Shown here piece by piece: positions 9,791 to 19,176 of a DNA stretch of 64,000 bases. Under the pieces are notes generated by a model. The model was not told the DNA's origin. It ran no database searches and saw only the letters and a list, made by a program, of their open reading frames with translations. The DNA lies in the IMG/VR virus record IMGVR_UViG_3300036851_000411, positions 1 to 64,000 of that record; one strand, given 5' to 3'. Source of the DNA: a virus. Position numbers and translations under genes: made by a program. Position 1 is the stretch's first letter. The number at the start of each line of letters is the position of its first letter.

Positions 9791-10499
9791 CGCAACGGTC
9801 GCCGTTCGCGAGCGCGGGATCATCATGCAAGCCGAGAGCGTGCTGGCCACGCTCGACGGTCGGAAGACCCAGACGCGACGCATCGTGAAGCTCAAGCCTT
9901 GGATGGCACGTGACGCGATGACGCGCGACGCGGCGTGGGCCGACCCCGGCATCGGTGCCGGTGGCTACCTCAAGGTCCCCCGCGGCCAGGACAACACCGC
10001 ACATCGACTGTATTGCCCGTACGGCGCGGTCGGTGATCGGCTGTGGGTGCGGGAGACGGCGTGGTTCGACCGAGAAATGATGCCGTTGCTCGGGTATCTC
10101 CGATGCTTCTTCGAAGGCGGTGATGTCCGGCATGAAGGGGACCCGACGACGGCGAAAGCGCCAGGCCTGCCGGGGTCGCACGTCGCCAGCGTGTTCAATC
10201 TCAACACGGCGCTCGTTCGGCGTTCGTCGATATTCATGCCGCGCTGGGCCTCCCGCCTCACCCTCCAGATCACTGGCCTACGCGTCGAGCGGCTGCAGGC
10301 GATCAGCGATGCCGACACACTCGCCGAAGGCGTCCGGTCGCACACCACGAGCGACGACACCGCAACGGGGGCAGCGTCTCGGCGGCAGGTCTACCGCAAT
10401 CTCTGGGACTCGCTGAATGCGAAGCGCGGCTACGGATGGGATGCGAACCCGTGGGTCTGGGTCATCGGGTATCGACGCCTAACGGGCGAGGTGGCCTGA
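9783..10499 (+). CDS. ASCH/PUA-like phage protein
   Basis: DGRKTQTRR, CPYG.VGDRLWVRE, SIFMPRWASRLTL.IT..RVERLQ.IS, W..NPWVWV. Confidence 0.8.
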   Translation: MPNATVAVRERGIIMQAESVLATLDGRKTQTRRIVKLKPWMARDAMTRDAAWADPGIGAGGYLKVPRGQDNTAHRLYCPYGAVGDRLWVRETAWFDREMMPLLGYLRCFFEGGDVRHEGDPTTAKAPGLPGSHVASVFNLNTALVRRSSIFMPRWASRLTLQITGLRVERLQAISDADTLAEGVRSHTTSDDTATGAASRRQVYRNLWDSLNAKRGYGWDANPWVWVIGYRRLTGEVA

Positions 10500-10500
10500 C

Positions 10501-11343
10501 ATGGCGCCGAAAAACAAGGAGTTCTCGACCGAGAACCCGCTCTACTGGATGCCGTTCCCATGGGAGAAGTGGCACGAGATCGTCGACACCATGACGCGCG
10601 CCCAGACGCTCGCGACGCTCCAACTGCTCGAGCTGGCGTGGAAGAACCGCGGAATCCTGCCAGCGTCGGAGGAGATCCTCGCGAAGGGTGCGGGTCTCTC
10701 CGACGACGAGTGGACACGGATCGGAGGCCCGGTGCGCGCATTGTTCGTCACAGACCCCGGGCAGCCGGGTATGCTGCGCTGGCCGTGGGTCTTCGGGCTC
10801 TTCGCCGCCCAGCTCGCGAAGCACGAGTCAGCGGTGACGAAGGGGAAGATGGGCGGCCGTCCAACGAAGGAGGAGGCCGAGGCAAAGAAGAAGCACCAGC
10901 CGAAAAGCCGAAGGAAAAGCCCAAAGAAAGCTGAGGTTCTAGCTGAGGATTCCCCCGGGGTTTCACCTCAGCTAGATGCCCAGCCAAAGCCCGGCGTAAA
11001 GTCCAACGAAACAGAACTAGAACTACAGGGTTTTTCTCTCTTACAGAGAGAAAAAGACCCTGCCGCTGCTTCGTCGCGCTCGCCTGACGGCGCGCGGCGC
11101 AGCGGGACGAGCGAACGGCGCCCAGCCGAAGTGCATTCGCGGATCCCGTCGATCGACGATCCCGAACGCCGTCGAACAGGGCCGGCGTCGAAGCACCCCA
11201 TCGCGCTCGCCGATCTCACCGGCCCCGCGCTCGTCCGCCTCGAGCCCGAGCTCGTGACGCTGCTCGCCGCGCGGGTCGAGGCCGAGCAGGGCGCCGAGCA
11301 CTCCAGCCATCTGCAACATCACCGTCAGGAGGCCGTGTGCTGA
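10501..11343 (+). CDS. DUF1376/YdaU-like replication initiator
   Basis: YWMPF...LLELAWKNRGILP N-terminus, GKMGGRP motif, A-rich repetitive central DNA. Confidence 0.65.
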   Translation: MAPKNKEFSTENPLYWMPFPWEKWHEIVDTMTRAQTLATLQLLELAWKNRGILPASEEILAKGAGLSDDEWTRIGGPVRALFVTDPGQPGMLRWPWVFGLFAAQLAKHESAVTKGKMGGRPTKEEAEAKKKHQPKSRRKSPKKAEVLAEDSPGVSPQLDAQPKPGVKSNETELELQGFSLLQREKDPAAASSRSPDGARRSGTSERRPAEVHSRIPSIDDPERRRTGPASKHPIALADLTGPALVRLEPELVTLLAARVEAEQGAEHSSHLQHHRQEAVC

Positions 11344-11654
11344 CAGCTCTCATGCAGTGGCTGACATCGATCTCGCCTGTGGTCGTCGCGTTGTTCTGGG
11401 CGGTCGGGTGCGCGGCGCTCGCGGTCGCGATGGTGTTCGCGCTCGCCGCGGCCGAGCAGTTCAAGGCTGGCATCGAGGCCAAGCGGCAGCTCGCGATTGA
11501 GGAACGCCGTTGGTTCGACACCCCCTTTCCCATAGAGCTCGCGTCCGACGCGGCACTCGACGCGATCAGCCGACGCCTCGAGGCGAAGCTCGATCAGGCG
11601 CGGGGCACGAAGAAGGCGCGCGCCATCGCCGCGGTCGCCCCACACCTCGCGTGA
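11337..11654 (+). CDS. Hypothetical membrane protein
   Basis: N-terminal hydrophobic helix; GGAGG RBS. Confidence 0.55.
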   Translation: MLTALMQWLTSISPVVVALFWAVGCAALAVAMVFALAAAEQFKAGIEAKRQLAIEERRWFDTPFPIELASDAALDAISRRLEAKLDQARGTKKARAIAAVAPHLA

Positions 11655-11661
11655 AGTCCGC

Positions 11662-12255
11662 ATGAAGTCTGCGCCCGTGTTCGTCCCCAGCTCGCTCGGT
11701 CCCGACTCGCCGTTGCTCACGGCGGGCGGGAATCTGCGCGCGCCAGGGCCGAGCGAAGCCGATGCACAGATCGCGTACATGGCGCTCTGTGTCGGTGCGG
11801 TCCGGAAAGGGCAGCCGCGCCGGATGGGCGACGGGATGACCGGCCGCTATCCCGAGCTGTATCTCCTCCGCGCCAACAACCCGAACAAGGGCGGCCAGCG
11901 TTCGAAGGCGGCGCGCGGGTTCGCGAAGGCGATGGGTCTCCTGCGTGACGTTCCCGATATCACGCTGCCGGTCGCCCGGGGGCCGTTCACCGCGTTGGAG
12001 CTCGAGTTCAAGAAGCCGGGTGAGTATGGCACGCCGAATCAGCGCGCGATGGCGGAGCTGCTGTGCGCACAGGGCCATTGCGTCGTGGAAGTGCAGGGGT
12101 GCCAGGAAGCGCTCGATGTGACGCTCGGCTATCTCGGGTTCACGCCGCACGACGAGTGGGTGCTCGACTGGGCGAGCCAGAAATACGGGCTCCGACAGCC
12201 GCTCGCGCCCATGCGCGCGAAGATGTACGAGCAGCTCAAGCCGAGGAGGCGTTAG
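11662..12255 (+). CDS. VRR-NUC (PD-(D/E)xK) nuclease
   Basis: AMGL..DVPDI...LELEFK.PG...TPNQ. Confidence 0.75.
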   Translation: MKSAPVFVPSSLGPDSPLLTAGGNLRAPGPSEADAQIAYMALCVGAVRKGQPRRMGDGMTGRYPELYLLRANNPNKGGQRSKAARGFAKAMGLLRDVPDITLPVARGPFTALELEFKKPGEYGTPNQRAMAELLCAQGHCVVEVQGCQEALDVTLGYLGFTPHDEWVLDWASQKYGLRQPLAPMRAKMYEQLKPRRR

Positions 12256-12517
12256 GCTGATGGGTAAGACGAAGCTAGGCAAGCGCGCATGGGACGTGCT
12301 CGAACGCCCGCAGGGGCTTTCGTTCTACTCGGACGCGATGTGTGGTGAGTCCGACGAAGAGGTGGCCGCGTTTCTCGCGTTCGCGGTCCCGCACGCGCAG
12401 ACGGTCGTGCGTGAGATGCGTCGATTGCTTCGCGAATACATCGCGACATTGCCCAAACCCGAACAGCCCTCCGGACCGTTGTCATTATGACCACCACCTG
12501 CCGGAGGCGTTAGGCCC

Positions 12518-12802
12518 ATGGCGGTCTACGTCGACAATATGCGCGCCCGGATGGGCCGGATGGTGATGTGCCACATGTTCGCGGACACGACGGCGGAGCT
12601 GCACGCGATGGCGGAGCGGATCGGCGTTGAGCGGCGATGGGTCCAGAACGAGGGCACGCACCGCGAGCACTACGACATCGCGCTCAGCAAGCGGGCGCTC
12701 GCGATCGCTGCTGGCGCGCGGGTCATCGGGATGCACGAGCTGAGTCGATTACTCAACGCCAAACGCGGGAACGCAGATGCGGCAGTGGTGAATGACGCCT
12801 AA
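12518..12802 (+). CDS. DUF4031 protein
   Basis: MAVYVD...MCHMFADT.AELHAMA.RIG..RRW.Q...HYDI. Confidence 0.85.
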   Translation: MAVYVDNMRARMGRMVMCHMFADTTAELHAMAERIGVERRWVQNEGTHREHYDIALSKRALAIAAGARVIGMHELSRLLNAKRGNADAAVVNDA

Positions 12803-13671
12803 CGGTGCTCCGTCGCGGCCCGTGCTTCGGTACCACGGCGGCAAGTGGCGTCTCGCGCCCTGGCTTCTCGGCGTGTTCCCGCCGCACCACGTGTACACGG
12901 AATCGTTCGGGGGGGGCAAGCGTGTTGCTCCGTAAACCGCGCTCCTATGCCGAGGTCTACAACGATCTCGACGACGAGATCGTGAACCTGTTCCGGGTGC
13001 TCCGAGACGACGGTGCCGCGCTCCTGCGCGCAGTGGAGCTCACGCCATACGCTCGCACCGAGTTTCACGGCAGCTTCCGTCCGACGAGCGACCCGATCGA
13101 GCAGGCGCGTCGCACCGTGGCGCGGAGCTTCATGGGGTTCGGCGGGAACCTCACGCGAGCGAATAGAGACCAGTCGCCACAACGCACCGGGTTCCGCAAC
13201 TACAGCTCGACGAACCGGCGAGCGACGCCGGCGAGTGACTGGCGCAACTGGCCTTCCGGGCTGGTGGAGATCATCGACCGCCTGCGAGGCGTGATCGTCG
13301 AGCACCGCGACGCGATGGTGGTTCTGCTCGCGCACGATGGGCCGAACACGCTCCACTACGTCGACCCGCCCTATGTCCATGTGACGCGTGGGTATGATGC
13401 CGGCGGATCGCATCGCGGCTACCGCCACGAGATGACCGATGATGGCCATCGCGCGCTCGCTGCCGTGCTCCGCGGGCTCGAGGGGATGGTCGTGCTGTCT
13501 GGCTACCCCTGCGATCTCTATGACCGCGAGCTCTATCCGGACTGGACACGCTACGAACGACCGCACGTTGCCGACGGCGCGCGCCCGCGCACCGAGGTCG
13601 TCTGGCTCAACCCCGCGTGCGTCGCTGCGCTCCATTGCAGCCGCGCGCAATTGGAGATCCCGCATGCCTAA
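12792..13671 (+). pseudogene. D12-class (Dam-like) adenine methyltransferase frameshifted at a G8 tract
   Basis: First frame LRYHGGKWRLAPW...YTESFGG stops at TAA 12933; second frame carries ASVLL..EVYNDLD...YVDPPY; the switch is at G8 12909-12916. Confidence 0.85.
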
Positions 13672-14377
13672 CACCACCAGCACGCCACTGACGCGGGCCG
13701 AGCTCGCGCGCTGGCTCCGCTCAGAGGTCGAAGGGCAAACCTACCTCGCCGCCGACTTCGCCATCAACCAAGGCGGAGAGGCGGCGAAGCTCTGCGTCAT
13801 CCGCGCCGACCGACTGAACGCCGCCGCGGCGCTGCTTGAAGGGATGGCGCCCTCCTTCGACGATCGCATGCGGGCCATCAGCGAACGTGTGGCTGCCGCG
13901 GCGCAGGCCCACTCCCACTCTCGCGTCGACTTCATTCACCCCGAGTGGCTCACGATTGTGCGCGACCGCGTGGCCGGCGGCGCGTTGCATCACCAGGTGG
14001 TGGAACTCGCCCCGCACGAGTGCATCGCGCTCTTCGCGATGGTGGACACGGCGACCGCCAACATGCTCGGCCTCCTCACGCCGGCCGGCCTCGAGTCGTC
14101 GCTCCAGCGGGAAGTCCTCCGCTCGCTCGGCTACGGGTATGAGGTCACGGTATCGACGGCGCTCCGGTGGCTGCGCCATGACCGCGACGAGCTGCGCGCG
14201 GCGGATGAGGTCCTCGATGAACTCGACGTGCCCGACTCGTGGGAGGATGAGCGTGACCCCGAGCGGCCGAGAGGCGGTCACCTCACGCTGAGCCAGCGCA
14301 TTCGCATGCTCCAGGAGCGGTACGAGCGCGAGTTCGCGTCTCTCCGTGCGGAGAACGAGGCGCCCGCACCCGCATGA
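13664..14377 (+). CDS. Hypothetical protein
   Basis: GGAG RBS; coupled. Confidence 0.6.
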   Translation: MPNTTSTPLTRAELARWLRSEVEGQTYLAADFAINQGGEAAKLCVIRADRLNAAAALLEGMAPSFDDRMRAISERVAAAAQAHSHSRVDFIHPEWLTIVRDRVAGGALHHQVVELAPHECIALFAMVDTATANMLGLLTPAGLESSLQREVLRSLGYGYEVTVSTALRWLRHDRDELRAADEVLDELDVPDSWEDERDPERPRGGHLTLSQRIRMLQERYEREFASLRAENEAPAPA

Positions 14378-14913
14378 GCGCCGCTGCTGCTGCGACCAAC
14401 GCCATCGGTTGGCGTGCCTCGACGACGCCGGCACAGAGCGTTGAGTGGGGCACACCCCCAGCGCTCTACCTGGCGCTCGATCGCGAATTCGGGTTCACGA
14501 TCGACATCGCGGCCGACCCGGCGATGGCGAAGCACGTTCGCTTCGTCGCGAAGGAGACCGATGCACTAACGCTATCGTGGGCGGGCGAGCGCGTATTCGC
14601 GAACCCGCCGTATGGGCGCGGGCTCGATCGCTGGATGCGCAAGGGCTTCACCGAGGCGAGCGAGCACGGCGCGCTGGTCGTCATGCTCGTCCCCGCGCGC
14701 ACTGGTAACGCGTGGTTTCACGACTACGCCTTGCCCCATGCGGAGGTGCGCTTCATCCGCGGGCGTCTGAGCTACCAACGCGACGGGCAACCGACCGGCC
14801 GCCAGCATCGATGCCCGTTCGATAGCTGCGTCGTGATCTTCCGCCCGCACAGCCGCGGCGCGGGGCGGATCATCCAGCAACACGTCATGCCGTTCCTGAG
14901 CCGGGTCGTCTGA
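14374..14913 (+). CDS. Phage DNA N6-adenine methyltransferase
   Basis: EWGTPPAL, F.IDIAA, FANPPYGR, VMLVPARTGNAWFH, VRFIRGRL. Confidence 0.9.
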   Translation: MSAAAAATNAIGWRASTTPAQSVEWGTPPALYLALDREFGFTIDIAADPAMAKHVRFVAKETDALTLSWAGERVFANPPYGRGLDRWMRKGFTEASEHGALVVMLVPARTGNAWFHDYALPHAEVRFIRGRLSYQRDGQPTGRQHRCPFDSCVVIFRPHSRGAGRIIQQHVMPFLSRVV

Positions 14914-14979
14914 CCGGCGGCCGTTAGGCAGTTTCCCCGTTCGATCCCACACACCAACTCATCACCACGGAGCGATCCC

Positions 14980-15192
14980 ATGGCACGCGTCAGCGGCATC
15001 ACCTACCTCACCGATCTCGTCGAGAAGCTACGGCGCCGGAAGCGCTGGCCCTCGCTCGGCGAGGTGGCGGAGTCCCGCGCCATCCGCGCGCGCAGCGATC
15101 GACGAAGCCTCAACCTCAAGCCGACGGAGTTGGCGCGGCCGAGGCACAACCATCCGGCGAAGCCGGCGGTGGGGAAGGGCCGCGCCCGTTAG
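14980..15192 (+). CDS. Small basic hypothetical protein
   Basis: GGAG RBS; last gene of the + operon, converging with the island. Confidence 0.5.
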   Translation: MARVSGITYLTDLVEKLRRRKRWPSLGEVAESRAIRARSDRRSLNLKPTELARPRHNHPAKPAVGKGRAR

Positions 15193-15530
15193 GCAGGCAA
15201 AGCGGCGGGAAGCCCCAAGGCGGCAGCCACCACGCGTCGGGCGACGCGTCGGTAGGCTGCCCGCCGGTCGTCCGAGATCCGCGGCCACCACGCGCTGGCG
15301 TCCCGCGCATCCTCCGGTGTCTGAGCGGCGAGGGCGATCGCTCCGCGCTCGACCATGGCATCGAGATCCGCCGGACCGGTGATCATCCGCGCGAACGCCT
15401 CCGCGTCCTCCTCGTTCATCGGCCCCGAGAGCTCGTGCTCACCGTCCTCGGTGACGACGATCAATCGACCCGCGTTCGGGCCGTAGGTCTGCTCGTCGTC
15501 TGCGAGCTGATAGGGCTTGGCGATCGTCAT
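15189..15530 (-). CDS. Hypothetical protein (island, leftward operon)
   Basis: MTIAKPYQ...; coupled to the upstream minus ORF. Confidence 0.6.
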   Translation of the reverse strand: MTIAKPYQLADDEQTYGPNAGRLIVVTEDGEHELSGPMNEEDAEAFARMITGPADLDAMVERGAIALAAQTPEDARDASAWWPRISDDRRAAYRRVARRVVAAALGLPAALPA

Positions 15531-15793
15531 CGGGCGGCCTCCAATTCGGCGCGCTGGAAGTAGTTGGGCTCCGTCTCGCCGTCGAGCCGCACCGCGAGCA
15601 TCCCATCGACCACGTCGACGATCTCGCCCGAGCGGCCGAAGTCGATGTCCGCCGTCACCGTGACGCGCCGACCGACGACGCGCGCGCGGTAGCTCGCCGC
15701 TTGGGCCGCAGCCGCCTCGCGACGGTTCTGCTCGGCGATCGGGTCGCGCCGGTAGGCGTACCCACGGCCCATCGAGTTGAAACTGCCGCCCAT
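15527..15793 (-). CDS. Small SH3/KOW-like protein
   Basis: VGRRVTV....GRSGEIVDV..GMLAVRLDG pattern; GAGGA RBS. Confidence 0.55.
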   Translation of the reverse strand: MGGSFNSMGRGYAYRRDPIAEQNRREAAAAQAASYRARVVGRRVTVTADIDFGRSGEIVDVVDGMLAVRLDGETEPNYFQRAELEAAR

Positions 15794-15804
15794 GGCTCGG
15801 GTCC

Positions 15805-16035
15805 TCAGCGGTTGATGGTGGTGGAAACAGTCGTCGAGCGTGCGGCGCGCTCGGCGGCGCGGAGCTGCTTCCAGCCCGGCACCCACGCGCAGCCGCCGAG
15901 GCTCTGGCACTCGTCGGCGTCGTGGCCCGCCTCTTTGCCGCAGACCACCCATTGCTCGGTCGGGTGGATCTCGCCGCAGAACCCCATCCGGCGCGCCTCG
16001 CGCTGCAACCCTGCTTCCGTCCGAACCCGTGCCAT
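15805..16035 (-). CDS. Small Cys/His protein
   Basis: GGAG RBS; first gene after the leftward promoter. Confidence 0.55.
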   Translation of the reverse strand: MARVRTEAGLQREARRMGFCGEIHPTEQWVVCGKEAGHDADECQSLGGCAWVPGWKQLRAAERAARSTTVSTTINR

Positions 16036-16063
16036 CGTGCCCCGCTCCGTTTGTCGTGTGGGA

Positions 16064-16093
16064 TATGATACCATATGCTACCACATAACACAA
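16064..16093 (-). promoter_or_regulatory. Class II promoter (leftward)
   Basis: TTGTGT-17 nt (containing TGGTAGCATATGG)-TATCAT. Confidence 0.75.
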
Positions 16094-16182
16094 GAGGGAA
16101 GATGTTGCCGATGTTCCCGGACGCGTGCGCGGTGGCCACCCCTTCCAGAACGTACTACTCGCGCCGGTTGTTTGCTTCAATC

Positions 16183-16199
16183 TATGTGATAATTGCCTA
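16183..16199. promoter_or_regulatory. Class I operator (degenerate)
   Basis: TATGTGATAATTGCCTA, 2 mismatches to TATGTGATAATCGCATA. Confidence 0.6.
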
Positions 16200-16229
16200 T
16201 TGCGTAATCTGGTAGCATATGGTATCATA
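16200..16229 (+). promoter_or_regulatory. Class II promoter (rightward)
   Basis: TTGCGT-17 nt (containing TGGTAGCATATGG)-TATCAT. Confidence 0.75.
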
Positions 16230-16286
16230 CTCCTACACAGAGAACGTCAATCGCGACACGGTCAGCACGGACGAGGGGTCGACGCA

Positions 16287-16766
16287 ATGGGCAATCGGGG
16301 CGACGCAGCAAAGCGGCGGAAGCGCTACGGATGGCGGCTGGTGCGGGAGTCGGACGCGGGTGTCGAAGTCTCCTCGGCGGATCGCCTGCCGTGCCGGAGC
16401 CCCCGCGATGCCTACACGATCATGGCGCCGTTCGCGGCGCAGGAGGGGCAGGAGGTGTTCTGGATGCTTTGTCTGGACTCGCAGCATCGCGTGACGCGTG
16501 ACGGCGTCGTGGTGATCACGCGCGGCATTCTCAACTCGTCGCTCGTCCACCCGCGCGAGGTCTTCCGCGAGGCCGTGCTCCGCGAGTCGGCGGCGGTGAT
16601 TCTCTGCCACAACCACCCGTCGGGCGACCCGACGCCGAGCCCCGAGGATCGGCTCATCACCGAGCAGCTCGCCGCTGCCGGTCGCGTCCTCGACATCCCC
16701 GTGTTCGACCACGTCGTGATCGGCGCGGGATGTTACACGAGCTTCGCCGAGCAGGGGTTGCTATGA
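16287..16766 (+). CDS. radC: RadC-like JAB domain protein
   Basis: QEVFW.L.LD, SLVHPREVFREAV, ILCHNHPSGDPTPSPED, DHVVIG. Confidence 0.92.
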   Translation: MGNRGDAAKRRKRYGWRLVRESDAGVEVSSADRLPCRSPRDAYTIMAPFAAQEGQEVFWMLCLDSQHRVTRDGVVVITRGILNSSLVHPREVFREAVLRESAAVILCHNHPSGDPTPSPEDRLITEQLAAAGRVLDIPVFDHVVIGAGCYTSFAEQGLL

Positions 16767-17275
16767 GCCGACTGCGACTCACCGCCAACTCTGCGCTCGC
16801 CCTCGCCGTGGCGTCGGTGCGTGAGGCGGTGAACGACGCCGCCGCGCGGACCCCCGAGCCAGCGCTGGTCATCTCGGGCTACACGCGGGCGCAGGGGATC
16901 GCGGACGGCGTGCTCTTCGACGCCATGGCGCCGGAGCTGGCCGAGGTCACCCGCCAGCACTGGCCGAGCTGGGCCGCGCAGCGGCTCGGCGTCGCGATGA
17001 CGGACGGCGTGCACGCGCTCCTCGGCCGAGCGGTGGCGAACAAGCGATGGCGCCACGACTGGAAAGGGCTGTGGCACGACGTGCTGTGGATCTCTCGCCG
17101 CGCGGTCGGCCGTGCGATTCAGAAGGCGATCGCGAGCGGCCACGGCGAGCGGGTGGAATTCCAAATGGTGATCACGGGCGTCGGGCGCCAGCGCTACCAG
17201 TGGCTGAGCGTCCACGTCGGCCCCGGCGATGATGGGATGCCGGTGCTCACGTTCCTGTTGCCTGACGAGGACTAA
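16763..17275 (+). CDS. DUF6573-like mobile-element protein
   Basis: YTRAQGIADGVL...LWHDVLW...GPGDDGMPVLTFLLPDED. Confidence 0.65.
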   Translation: MSRLRLTANSALALAVASVREAVNDAAARTPEPALVISGYTRAQGIADGVLFDAMAPELAEVTRQHWPSWAAQRLGVAMTDGVHALLGRAVANKRWRHDWKGLWHDVLWISRRAVGRAIQKAIASGHGERVEFQMVITGVGRQRYQWLSVHVGPGDDGMPVLTFLLPDED

Positions 17276-17280
17276 CGACG

Positions 17281-17574
17281 ATGCTGGACATCACATGGGT
17301 GATTGCTGACGTGCGAGCACAAATCGCTCTCGCGAAGCGGTCGCCGAATGCGAGCGGTGCCGTCACGATCGGCGCCGAAGCCGCTGAGACGCTGCTTGCG
17401 CACCTGACCCACCATGCGGCCGAGCCAACGGTCGAGGAGATCGCGAGCGCTCGACACCAGGCGCAGGGCGGCGATCAGGACGCGTGGCGATCGCTCTGCC
17501 ACCGGTATCCCGAGTGGAACGAGAACGGCGGCTCGGCCGACGCATGGGCAGACGACTCAGAGCTTTACCTCTAA
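17281..17574 (+). CDS. Hypothetical protein
   Basis: GAGGA RBS; in operon. Confidence 0.5.
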   Translation: MLDITWVIADVRAQIALAKRSPNASGAVTIGAEAAETLLAHLTHHAAEPTVEEIASARHQAQGGDQDAWRSLCHRYPEWNENGGSADAWADDSELYL

Positions 17575-17585
17575 CCTAACGAGTG

Positions 17586-17801
17586 ATGCGAACCCGATGC
17601 CTGAACGGCGTGCGGACTCCCGCCGGCATGGTGCGATGTGGATGGAGTGGCCACGGCTACGAGCTCACGACCGAGCGCGGCGCGAAGAGCTGCCCGCGAT
17701 GCAAGTCGAGCACGACGCTGGTCGTGGTCCGCGAGGTGGCGGCGGTGGTGTACAGCGCGCCCCGCCGGGCGGTCGCGGCGCGGCTCGCGCGGAGGGCTTG
17801 A
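17586..17801 (+). CDS. Small zinc-ribbon protein
   Basis: RCLN...RCGW...SCPRCKS. Confidence 0.5.
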   Translation: MRTRCLNGVRTPAGMVRCGWSGHGYELTTERGAKSCPRCKSSTTLVVVREVAAVVYSAPRRAVAARLARRA

Positions 17802-17804
17802 GCG

Positions 17805-18131
17805 ATGAGCATCGAAGCGCTCCGCCAGGCATTCAAGGATGGATGCCGGCACAACGCGTGTGCGATGTACGACGAGGCCGAAGTTGAGAGCGAGGCCTCC
17901 GAGCGGTTTCCCACGCCCGCGATCGCACCGGAGGACCGGTCCACCCAGGTCTATCCGAGGCTGACGCCGCGCGGGTCTCGGCTACTCGCGGCGTTCGACA
18001 ACGCCGCGTTCGCGTGCGGCGAGTGGTCGCAGGATGATGACGAGCCGTTCGTGGCCGTCTACCGACGCTCTCGGCGAGCCCAAAAGGCGCTGCTCGACTA
18101 CTTCGTCGAGTTGGAGGCGCGGACGCCGTGA
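17805..18131 (+). CDS. Hypothetical protein
   Basis: GGAGG RBS; coupled to the next gene. Confidence 0.55.
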   Translation: MSIEALRQAFKDGCRHNACAMYDEAEVESEASERFPTPAIAPEDRSTQVYPRLTPRGSRLLAAFDNAAFACGEWSQDDDEPFVAVYRRSRRAQKALLDYFVELEARTP

Positions 18132-18925
18132 ACAAGCGATGGCGCGATCGCTCGCAGCGCTGGCGCGCGCCGGGCGACGTGTTCGACCCGCGTCGCTTCG
18201 CGGTCGATGGGATCGCCGACGACACCCGGCCGAAGGAATTCGTCGAGCAGCATCACTACGCGGCGAGTTATCCGGCGGCCGTCTTTCGCGTCGGGCTGTT
18301 CGGTCCGCGGGCCGCGCTCGTCGGCGTCGCGGTATTCAGCGTCCCGCCACAGCAGGCCGCGCTCCCGAAGTGGACCGGCGTCACGTTAGGCGAGGGCGCG
18401 GCGGAGCTCGGCCGCTTCGTGCTCCTCGACGACGTGGGCTACAACGCCGAGACGTGGTTCCTCTCGCGCGCGTTTCGCCTCCTCCGAACGCACAAGCACT
18501 ATCGACGCATCCTCTCCTACGCGGATCCGCTCGAGCGCCCGGAGATCGCGAAGCCCGCGCACTGGGGAACGGTCTATCAGGCGGCGAACGCAACGTTTGC
18601 GGGTCGATCGGAAGCCCGGTGGCAACACATTGCGCCGACAGGCGAGGTCGTCAGCCGGCGGATGCTCAACAAGATCCGCCAGGGCCATCAGGGATGGCAG
18701 TATGGAGTCGACTGGCTGAGAGAGCGCGGCGCGCCAGTGCAGGGAACTGCCGAGCCGTCCCGTGGATGGGTCGATCGGGTGCTCTCAGCGTGGCGACGTG
18801 TGTACCACCCCGGCAACCTCGCCTATGTGTTCGGGCTCGACGATCGCGCGAAGTCGGCGCTCCGGACGCTCCACGCTGGTGGGTTACCCTACGTGCGCCC
18901 TGCGGCGGCTTGTGTGCAATGGTAG
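18128..18925 (+). CDS. Mom-family (GNAT-fold) adenine modification protein
   Basis: FVEQHHYAASYP...GLF...LVGVAVFSVP...ELGRFVLLD...NAETWFLSRAF...SYADP...H.GTVYQA.NA.F.G. Confidence 0.75.
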   Translation: MNKRWRDRSQRWRAPGDVFDPRRFAVDGIADDTRPKEFVEQHHYAASYPAAVFRVGLFGPRAALVGVAVFSVPPQQAALPKWTGVTLGEGAAELGRFVLLDDVGYNAETWFLSRAFRLLRTHKHYRRILSYADPLERPEIAKPAHWGTVYQAANATFAGRSEARWQHIAPTGEVVSRRMLNKIRQGHQGWQYGVDWLRERGAPVQGTAEPSRGWVDRVLSAWRRVYHPGNLAYVFGLDDRAKSALRTLHAGGLPYVRPAAACVQW

Positions 18926-18938
18926 CATATGGTATTAT
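18910..18938 (+). promoter_or_regulatory. Class II promoter (third copy)
   Basis: TTGTGT-17 nt (containing TGGTAGCATATGG)-TATTAT. Confidence 0.75.
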
Positions 18939-18969
18939 TCGTGTGTCGTCAGCCAGTGAGTGTTATCAT

Positions 18970-19176
18970 ATGCGCCAGTCATCGACTGTGCCCCTCAGCG
19001 CCGAACAAGTGAACGCGATCCTCGCGCGCGCTGCCGGCGATATCGATGTTTGCGAGAACCCGCCGGGGCGGAATACGTCCGCGGTGCTCGCGGTGTTTGG
19101 CTTTGCTGCGCATCGGAGCGTCGACCAGGCAGCCGACGCCGAGGCGATGCTCGACGCGCTGGAGAGCGACAGGTGA
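18970..19176 (+). CDS. Hypothetical protein
   Basis: First ORF after the third class II promoter. Confidence 0.5.
   Translation: MRQSSTVPLSAEQVNAILARAAGDIDVCENPPGRNTSAVLAVFGFAAHRSVDQAADAEAMLDALESDR

Noticed and set aside
16064-16229. 20-bp perfect inverted repeat as an invertible switch or IS/MITE ends
   Set aside because: Each arm is the spacer and -10 of an outward-facing promoter, a third copy exists at 18920, and no invertase or transposase is nearby.
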